The notes under the pieces were generated by a model that worked only from the letters and a program-made list of their open reading frames with translations, was not told the DNA's origin and searched no databases. Below, piece by piece: positions 49,601 through 59,383 of a stretch of DNA of 59,383 bases (the stretch's first letter is position 1; the number at the start of each line of letters is the position of its first letter). This DNA comes from Chiloscyllium plagiosum (lineage: Eukaryota): positions 51,324,469-51,383,851 of the forward strand of contig NC_057728.1 of NCBI RefSeq assembly GCF_004010195.1, given 5' to 3'. The translations under genes were made by a program, and so were the position numbers.

Positions 49601-51000
49601 CAGGTAGTTCTTCCATGACAACGTCCCAGCAGAATCTCGCATAAGAGAAAATCACTTAATAGAAATAATGGAGACTTTGGGAAAAGTGGTGTTAGGGCAG
49701 ACCAGCAAAAAACATCACTCACAGTTGCTTTAAAATCACCTAAAAGCCTAAGAAAATGTATGGTACTGAATGAAGGGTTAAATCATATTTATTTACAAAA
49801 TATAAGTAAATTTAACATGTTACATTGAAAAAATATGGTTAATGCACTGACAGAGGGTCATCATCATCACCACCTTTAAGTGCAATTGTAGTTGCAGAAG
49901 TGGATGGCTGTGGTTGATTAGTGTGGTGCTGGAAAAGCACAACCGGTCAAGCAGCATCCGAGGAGTAGGAATATCGATGTTTTGGGCAAAAGCCCTTCAT
50001 CAGGACTGGGCTGTGGTTGATTGTCTTCTAACTGTTTCTTGGGGGTTGGTTTATAAAAGATATCCAACTTATGCTGCTTCGCTGTTTTTCTTCTGTCTTG
50101 AAGGAGCTGTTCATAGGGTGCCAGATGATACCTTATTGAACAAACTGCTACTCAGCTGCGTTCTGCGTTGTAATGGTTGTCCTCAAAGAGCTGCAACTGC
50201 CTCTCAACTTCCCTCAAATAGAAGACAAAAGAGAAGTGGTGTTGCATCCTGGATTTCATCTTTTTCACCTTCAGCTGCCACTTGCCCTCAGCGACAAGCT
50301 GTTGTAGATCAGCTGTGGAGAGGACTTCACAGTGGGACTCAAGCAGCGCTTCAATATCCTCACTTTCCACTTCTTCAAAGCCAACCTGCTTTGCAAGAGC
50401 AACACAATGCTCTTTGATCTTTGGGAGCTTCTCTGATGGTTCATATCCTTTAACAAGTTGGACTACGAGAGGAAATGCCAGCGCACGCTCCTCGTCTGCA
50501 TAGCCAAGTTCACAAAATCGATTGCACATTATGGAATGCATATCAGTTCTTAAAACCAGCAAACCACCCAATGCTAGCATTAAAGCCAGGCACAGGATTT
50601 TGAGCATTTTTGTTTAGATATCCATAAGTGAATAAGATTTTCTCTTTCATGGTGAGAAAGGTGGTCCCAGATCACTTTTTTTGTTTGATCTTCTATCCAA
50701 ATACGTAGAAACCTCTCCATCTCCTCAAGTTCCTTTGGCCATGACCCCACAGATTTGCTAGCACTCAGACGTATTCCAGCAATACAGCTTCCTTTAACCT
50801 TTTTCTGCGTTGCCGCTAGTGGTGCGCGAGTAGATTCCCACATTGCTGGTAAACATGCTTAATCATATGTTCTCTCCTTATGCTCAAAATGCTTTGTGAC
50901 ACCGAGCTTCTCTCCCAGTGTTTTAGCCTTTCTTTTGCATTCATCACCCGCACTTGTATCACCAGGACACTTCTTGCTAACATTCTTGTCATTATCCTTG
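49601..51000 (-). mobile_element. Tigger/pogo-like DNA transposon remnant lacking the DDE domain
   Basis: KRKAKTLGEKLGVTKHFE (HTH-psq-like), LEEMERFLRIWIEDQ and FNASIGWFAGFKN (CENP-B HTH), then the acidic tail VGFEEVESEDIEALLESH; TA|caggtagttctt terminus at 49599-49612. Confidence 0.75.
49920..50008 (-). mobile_element. Single family-A arm with hammerhead-like motif and 14-bp TSD, inserted in the Tigger remnant
   Basis: Minus strand CTGATGA-A-GGGC-TTTT-GCCC-AAAA-CATC; ggctgtggttgatt at 49906-49919 and 50009-50022. Confidence 0.75.
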
Positions 51001-51983
51001 TTTTTGCCAAAAATACAGGGGCATGTTCTCGGAGTAGATTGCGTGATACACAGGTACAAGAACAAATTAGAAAGGCAAATGGTCTGTATGAGAGCCATGC
51101 AGTCCGGCAGGAATCATACAGGGCTGATGCAGGAATTATACAAGAATATACTTGTCTCAGATGGAGAGCAATGAATATTCATCAGGATAATTTCAACATT
51201 GTTTCATCAGTATAATTTTTGAGATGAAGCTGCTCAAAGTATAGTACCACACCTCTCATATGTTCGGATGGCAGCTGACATCGGCACATGCACAGAATGA
51301 CACAAAGACTTCACAGACATTGGCTCATGCACAGAACACCACAGAGACTTCACTGGCATCGGCGCATGCACAGAACGGGGCACAGACTTCACTGACATCG
51401 GTGCATGCAAAGAACGGCACAGAGACTTCACTGAAATCGGCACATGCACAGAAGGAAACAGACCCTTCACTGACATTGGCGCATTCACAGAATGGTGCAG
51501 AGACTTCACTGACATCGGCGCATGTACAGAACAGCGCAGAGAATTCATGGACATTGGCGCATGCACAGAACGGCACAGAGACTTCACTGACATCAGCCCA
51601 TGCACAGAATGGCGCAGAAACTTAACTGACATCGGCGCATTTATAGAACAGCACAGAGACATCACTGACATTGGTGCATGCACAGAACAGCGTGGGACTT
51701 CAATGACATTGGTGCATACGCAGAAAGGTACAGAAACTGCACTCACATCGGCGCATGTACAAAACACCACAGAGAATACACTCACAATAGCGCATGTACA
51801 GAATGGTGCTGAGAATTCACTGACATTGGCGCATGTACAGAACAGCACAGAGATTTCACTGCCATTGGCACAAGTACAGAACACCACAGAGACTTCACTG
51901 GCATCGGCGCATGCACAGAACGGGGCACAGACTTCACTGACATCGGTGCATGCATAGAACGGCACAGAGACTTCACTGACATC

Positions 51984-52401
51984 NNNNNNNNNNNNNNNNN
52001 NNNNNNNNNNNNNNNNNNNNNNNNNNNNNNNNNNNNNNNNNNNNNNNNNNNNNNNNNNNNNNNNNNNNNNNNNNNNNNNNNNNNNNNNNNNNNNNNNNNN
52101 NNNNNNNNNNNNNNNNNNNNNNNNNNNNNNNNNNNNNNNNNNNNNNNNNNNNNNNNNNNNNNNNNNNNNNNNNNNNNNNNNNNNNNNNNNNNNNNNNNNN
52201 NNNNNNNNNNNNNNNNNNNNNNNNNNNNNNNNNNNNNNNNNNNNNNNNNNNNNNNNNNNNNNNNNNNNNNNNNNNNNNNNNNNNNNNNNNNNNNNNNNNN
52301 NNNNNNNNNNNNNNNNNNNNNNNNNNNNNNNNNNNNNNNNNNNNNNNNNNNNNNNNNNNNNNNNNNNNNNNNNNNNNNNNNNNNNNNNNNNNNNNNNNNN
52401 N
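51984..52401. other. Assembly gap (N run) within the satellite
   Basis: Run of N. Confidence 1.
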
Positions 52402-55400
52402 NCAGAGACTTCACTGACATCGGCGCATGCACAGAACACCGCAGAGACTTGACTGACATCGGTGCATGTACAGAGCACCGCAGAAACTTCACTGACATTG
52501 GCGCATGTACAGAATACCGCAGAGACTTCAGTGCCATTGGTTTATGCACAGAATGGTGCAGAGACTTCACTGCCATCGGCGCAAGTACAGAACACCGCAG
52601 AAACTTCAATGCCGTCGGTTTATGCACAGCACGGCGCAGAGGCTTCACTGATTTCAGCGCATGCACAGAACGGTGTAGAGACTTCACTGCCATCGGTACA
52701 TGCACAGAACGGCACTGAGACTTCACTGACATCGGCGCATGTACAAAACACTGAAGAGACTTCACTCACAACCATGCACGTGCAGAACGGTGCTAAGAAT
52801 TCACTGACATTGGCGCATGCACAGAACGGTGTATAGACTTCACTGCCATCGGCACATGCACAGAACGGCACAGAGACTTCACTGCCATTGGCGCAAGTAC
52901 AGAATACCGCAGAGACTTCACTGACATCAGCGCATGTACAGAACAACGCAGAGATTTCACTGCCATCGGCACATGCATAGAACGGCACAGAGACTTCACT
53001 GACACTGGCGCATGTACAGAACATCGCAGAGATTTCACTGACATTGGCGCATGCAAAGAACACTGCAGAGACTTCACTGACATCGGCACATGTACAGAAT
53101 GGCACAGAGAATTCACTGACATCGGCACATGTACAGAATGTCACAGAGATTTCACTGACATCGGCGCATGTACAGAACGTCACAGAGATTTCACTGACAT
53201 CGGCGCAAGTACAGAACGTCACAGAGATTTCACTGACATCGGCGCATGTAAAGAACAGCACAGAGACTTCACTGACATTGGCGCATGCACAGAACGGTGC
53301 AGACGTCACTGACATTGGCGCATGCACAGAGTCCTCACTGACATTGGTGCATGCACAGAACACCGCAGACACTTCATTGACATTGGCGCATGCACAGAGA
53401 CTTCATTGACATCGGCGCATGTACAGATCACCGCAGAGACTTCACTAACATTGGTGCATGTACAGAACACCGCAGAGACTTCACTGACATCGGCGCATGC
53501 ACAGAACACCGCAGAGACTTGCCTGACATCGGTGCATGTACAGAGCACCGCAGAAACATCACTGACATTGGCGCATGTACAGAATACCGCAGAGACTTCA
53601 GTGCCATCGGTTTATGCACAGAATGGTGCAGAGACTTCAGTGCCATCGGCGCAAGCACAGAACACCGCAGAAACTTCAATTCTGTCAGTTTATGCGCAGC
53701 ACGGCGCAGAGGCTTCACTGATTTCGGCGCATGCACAGAACGGTGTAGAGACTTCACTGCCATCGGTACATGCACAGAACGGCACAGAGAATTCACTGAC
53801 ATCGGCGCATGTACAAAACACTGCAGAGACTTCACTCACAACCGTGCACGTACAGAACGGTGCTAAGAATTCACTGACATTGGCACATGCACAGAACGGC
53901 ACAGAGACTTCACTGCCATCGGCGCAAGTACAGAAAACCGCAGAGACTTCACGGACATCAGCTCATGCACGGAACGGCACTGAGACTTCACTGACATCGG
54001 CGCAAGTACAGAATGGTGCAGAGACTTCACTGACATTGGTGCATGTAAAGAACACTGCAGAGACTTCACTGCCATCGGCACATGTACAGAACGGCACATG
54101 TACAGAACGGCACAGAGACTTCACTGCCATTGGCACAAGTACAGAACACCGCAGAAACTTCACTGACATCGGTGCATGTACAGAACACTGCAGAGACTGT
54201 CTGACATTGGCGCAAGTACAGAACACCGCAGAGATTTCACTGACATCGGCGCATGCACAGAACAGCACAGAGACTTCACTGACATTGGCGCATGCACAGA
54301 ACACTGCAGAGACTTCACTGCCATCGGCACATGTACAGAATGGCACAGAGACTTTTCTGACATCGGCACATGTACAGAACACCGCAGAGACTTCAATGCC
54401 ATCGGTTAATGCACAGAACAGTGTAGAGACTTCACTGACATTGGCGCTTGCACAGAACGGCACAGAGACGTCACTGACATCGGCGCATGCACAGAACAGC
54501 ACAGAGACTTCACTGACATTGGCGCATGCACAGAACGCCACAGAGACTTCACTGACATTGGCGCTTGCACAGAACGGCACAGAGACTTCATTGCCATCAG
54601 CGCAAGTACAGAATACCCCAGAGACTTCACTGACATCAGCTCATACATGGAACGGCACTGAGACTTCACTGACATCGGTGCAAGTACAGAACAGCACAGA
54701 GACTTCACTGACATTGGCGCATGCACAGAACACTGCAGAGACTTCACTGCCATCGGCACATGTACAGAATGGCACAGAGACTTTTCTGACATCGGCACAT
54801 GTACAGAACACCGCAGAGACTTCAGTGCCATCGGTTAATGCACAGAACAGTGTAGAGACTTCACTGACATTGGCGCAAGTACAGAAAACCGCAGAGACTT
54901 CACTGACATCAGCTCATATACGGAACGGCACTGAGACTTCACTGACATCAGCGCATGTACAGAACGTCACAGAGACTTCACTGACGTTGGTGCATGCACA
55001 GAACGCCACAGAGACTTCACTGACATTGGCACATGCACAAAAACTACACTGACATCGGTGCATGTACAGAACAGCGCAGAGAATTCACGGACATTGGCGC
55101 ATGCACAGATAGACGCAGAGACTTCACTGATATCGGCGCATGCACAGAACGGTGTAGAGACTTCACTGCCATCGGCACATGCACAGAACAGCACAGAGAT
55201 TTCACTGCCATCGGCACAAGTACAGAACACCGCAGAGACTTCACTGACATCAGCGTATGCATAGAACGGCATAGAGACTTCACTGACATCGGCGCATGTA
55301 CAGAACATCGCAGAGACTTCACTGACATTGGCACATGCAAAGAACACTGCAGAGACTTCACTGCCATCGGCACATGTACAGAACGGCACAGAGACTTCAT

Positions 55401-55617
55401 TGACATCAGCGCATGTACAGATCACCGCAGAGACTTCACTGACATTGGTGCATGTACAGAGCACCGCAGAAACTTCACTGACATTGGCGCATGTACAGAA
55501 TACCGCAGAGACTTCAGTGCCATCGGTTTATGCACAGAATGGTGCAGAGACTTCACTGCCATCGGTGCATGTACGGAGCACCGCAGAAACTTCACTGACA
55601 TTGGCGCATGTACAGAA

Positions 55618-55786
55618 NNNNNNNNNNNNNNNNNNNNNNNNNNNNNNNNNNNNNNNNNNNNNNNNNNNNNNNNNNNNNNNNNNNNNNNNNNNNNNNNNNN
55701 NNNNNNNNNNNNNNNNNNNNNNNNNNNNNNNNNNNNNNNNNNNNNNNNNNNNNNNNNNNNNNNNNNNNNNNNNNNNNNNNNNNNNN
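55618..55786. other. Assembly gap (N run) within the satellite
   Basis: Run of N. Confidence 1.
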
Positions 55787-58700
55787 CAGAGACTTCACTG
55801 ACATCGGCACATGCACAGAACGCCGCAGAGACTTCAGTGCCATCGGTTAATGCACAGAACGGCGCAGAGACTTCACTGACATCGGCACATGCACAGAACG
55901 CCGCAGAGACTTCAGTGCCATCGGTTAATGCACAGAACGGCGCAGAGACTTCACTGACATCGGCACATGCACAGAACGCCGCAGAGACTTCAGTGCCATC
56001 GGTTAATGCACAGAACGGCGCAGAGACTTCACTGACATCGGCACATGCACAGAACGCCGCAGAGACTTCAGTGCCATCGGTTAATGCACAGAACGGCGCA
56101 GAGACTTCACTGACATCGGCACATGCACAGAACGCCGCAGAGACTTCACTGACATTGGCACTTGCACAGAACGGTGTAGAGACTTCACTGCCATCGGCAC
56201 ATGTACAGAACATCGCAGAGACTTCACTGACATTGGCGCATGCAAAGAACACTGCAGAGACTTCACTGACATCGGCACATGTACAGTACGGCACAGAGAC
56301 TTCACAGACATGGGCACATGTACAGAACGGCACAGAGACTTCACTGACATCGGCACATGCACAGAACGCCGCAGAGACTTCAGTGCCATCGGTTAATGCA
56401 CAGAACGGCGCAGAGACTTCACTGACATCGGCACATGTACAGAACGGCACAGAGACTTCACTGACATCGGCACATGTACAGAACACCGCAGAGACTTCAC
56501 TGCCATCGGTTAATGCACAGAACGGTGTAGAGACTTCACTGACATTGGCGCTTGCACAGAACGGCACAGAGACTACATTGCCATCGGCGCAAGTACAGAA
56601 AACCGCAGAGACTTCACTGACATCAGCTCATGCACGGAATGGCACTGAGACTTTACTGACATCAGCGCAGGTACAGAATTGTGCAGAGACTTCACTGACA
56701 TTGGTGCATGTAAAGAACACTGCAGAGACTTCACTGCCATCGGCACATGTACAGAACGGCACAGAGACTTCACTGCCATTGGCGCAAGTACAGAACACCG
56801 CAGAAACTTCACTGATATCGGTGCATGTACAGAACACTGCAGAGACTGTCTGACATTGGTGCAAGTACAGAACACCGCAGAGATTTCACTTACATTGGTG
56901 CATGCACAGAACGCCACAGAGACTTCACTGACATCGGCGCATGCACAGAACGCCACAGAGACTTCACTGACATCGGCGCATGCACAGAACAGCACAGAGA
57001 TGTCGCTAACATCGGCGCATGCACAGAAAGGGCAGACACTTCACTGACATCGGCGCATGCACAGAATGGTACAGAGACTACACTGACATCGGCGCATGTA
57101 CAGAACGCTGCAGACACTTCAGTGCCATTGGTTTATGCACAGCACGGTGCAGAGGCTTCACTGACTTCGGCGCATGCACAGAACAGTGCGGAGACTACAC
57201 TGACATCGATGCATGTACAGAGCAGTGCAGAGATTTCACTGACATCGGCGCATGCACAGAACGATGCAGAGACTTCACTGACATCGGCGCATGCACTGAA
57301 TGGCGCAGAGACTTAAATGACATTGGAGCATTTACAGAACAGCACAGAGATTTCAATGGCTTCGGCGCATGCACAGAAAGGTGCAGAAACTGCACTGACA
57401 TCAACGCATATACAAAACACCGCAGAGACTTCACTCACAACGGCGCATGTACAGGACGGCGCAGGCACTTCACTAATATTGGCGCAGGCACAGAGACTTC
57501 ACTGATATCGTCGCATGCACAGAACTGGGCAGAGACTTCACTGACATCGGCGCATGTACAGAACACCGCAGAGACTACACTGACATCGGTGCATGTACAG
57601 AACACCGCAGAGAATTCACGGACATCGGCGCATGTACAGAACAGTGCTGAGATTTCACTGACATCGGTGCATGCACAGAACAGCGTGGGACTTCAATCAC
57701 TTCGGCACATGCACAGAAAGGTACAGAAACTGCACTGACATCAGCGCATGTACAAAACACCGCAGAGACTTCACTCACAACGGTGCACGTACAGAACGGT
57801 GCTGAGAATTCACTGACATTGGCGCATGCACAGATAGACGCAGAGACTTCACTGATATTGGCGCATGCACAGAACGGTGTAGAGACATCACTGCCATCGG
57901 CACATGCACAGAACAGCACAGAGATTTCACTGATATCGGCACAAGTACAAAACGGTACAGAGACTTCACTGCCATTGGCGCAAGTACAGAACACCGCAGA
58001 GACTTCACTGACATCAGCGTATGCATAGAACGGCACAGAGACTTCACTGACATTGGCGCATGTACAGAACGGTGCAGAGACTTCACTGATATTGGCGCAT
58101 GCACAGAACGGTGTAGAGACTTCACTGCCATCGGCACACGTACAGAACGGCACAGAGACTTCACTGACATCGGCACATGTACAGAACACCGCAGAGACTT
58201 CAATGCCATCGGTTAATGCACAGAACGGTGTAGAGACATCACTGACATTGGCGCTTGCCCAGAACAGCACAGAGACTTTATTGCCATCGGCGCAAGTACA
58301 GAAAACCGCAGAGTGTTCACTGACATCGGCGCATGTACAGAACGGTGCAGAGACTTCAGTGCCATCGGTTTATGCACAGAACGCCACAGAGACTTCACTG
58401 CCATCGGCGCAAGTACAGAACACCACAGAAAGTTCAGTGCCATCGGTTTATGCAAAGAACAGCACAGAGACTTCACTGACATTGGCGCATGCACAGAACA
58501 GCACAGAGACTTCACTGACATTGGCGCATGCACAGAACGCCACAGAGATGTCGCTAACATCGGCGCATGCACAGAAAGGGCAGACAGTTCACTGACATCG
58601 GCGCATGCACAGAATGGTACAGAGACTACACTGACATTGGCGCATGCACAGAACACTGCAGAAACTTCAGTGCCATTGGTTTATGCACAGCACGGTGCAG

Positions 58701-59383
58701 AGGCTTCACTGACTTCGGCACATGCACAGAACAGCGCGGAGACTACACTGACATCAGCGCATGCACAGAATGGTACAGAGACTACACTGACATTGGCGCA
58801 TGCACAGAACATGGGACTTAACTGACATCGGCACATGCACAGAAAGGTACAGAAACTGCACTGACATCAGCGCATGTACAAAACACCGCAGAGACTTCAC
58901 TCACAACGGCGCATGTACAGAACGGCGCAGGCACTTCACTAATATTGGCGCAGGCACAGAGACTTCACTGATATCGTCGCATGCACAGAACTGGGCAGAG
59001 ACTTCACTGACATCAGCGCATGTACAGAACACCGCAGAGACTACACTGACATCGGTGCATGTACACAACAGCGCAGAGAATTCACTGACATCGGTGCATG
59101 TACAGAACAGCGCAGAGAATTCACTGACATCGGTGCATGTACAGAACAGCGCAGAGAATTCACGGACATCGGCGCATGTACAGAACAGTGCTGAGATTTC
59201 ACTGACATCGGTGCATGCACAGAACAGCGTGGGACTTCAATCACTTCGGCGCATGCACAGAAAGGTACAGAAACTGCACTGACATCAGCGCATGTACAAA
59301 ACACCGCAGAGACTTCACTCACAACGGCGCATGTACAGAACGGCGCAGGCACTTCACTAATATTGGCGCAGGCACAGAGACTT

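Larger units (their letters stand above)
51275..59383. repeat. 39-bp tandem satellite, consensus cagagacttcactgacatcggcgcatgcacagaacggcg, running off the window end
   Basis: Direct periodicity; all ORFs here are 13-aa periodic (ETSLTSAHAQNGA, RDFTDIGACTER). Confidence 0.97.

Noticed and set aside
51234..59352. Long ORFs (up to about 600 aa) resembling mucin or Cys-rich repeat proteins
   Set aside because: Artefact of a 39-bp (13-codon) unit that is stop-free in several frames on both strands; indels shift frames freely and some ORFs run through N gaps.
51275..59383. CRISPR-like array
   Set aside because: Monomers are contiguous with no unique spacers, there are no cas genes, and the context is eukaryotic.

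Overview
Eukaryotic, repeat-rich vertebrate DNA, very probably a shark (inferred from multiple HE1-type V-SINEs and HER1/CR1-type LINEs). The only convincing host gene is the large first coding exon (40161-40992, minus strand) of an ABTB3/BTBD11-like gene (ABTB2/ABTB3 family). It encodes a fused H2B-like plus H2A-like histone fold and lies in a CpG island with a GC-box/CCAAT-rich promoter; positions 1-40160 appear to be its first intron. The rest is decayed CR1, Tx1-like, L2-like and Rex1-like LINEs, SINEs, a tRNA-Gly pseudogene, an internally deleted Tigger/pogo transposon and an 8 kb array of a 39-bp satellite with two assembly gaps. The most notable system is a set of Penelope-like (GIY-YIG) retroelement derivatives carrying minimal hammerhead-ribozyme motifs (CUGANGA-A-stem II-GAAA-short palindrome-UH), often as inverted arms and flanked by 12-15 bp direct repeats. 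At least three sequence families are visible. Coordinates were counted by eye; repeat boundaries are approximate and family names come from recall, not database searches.
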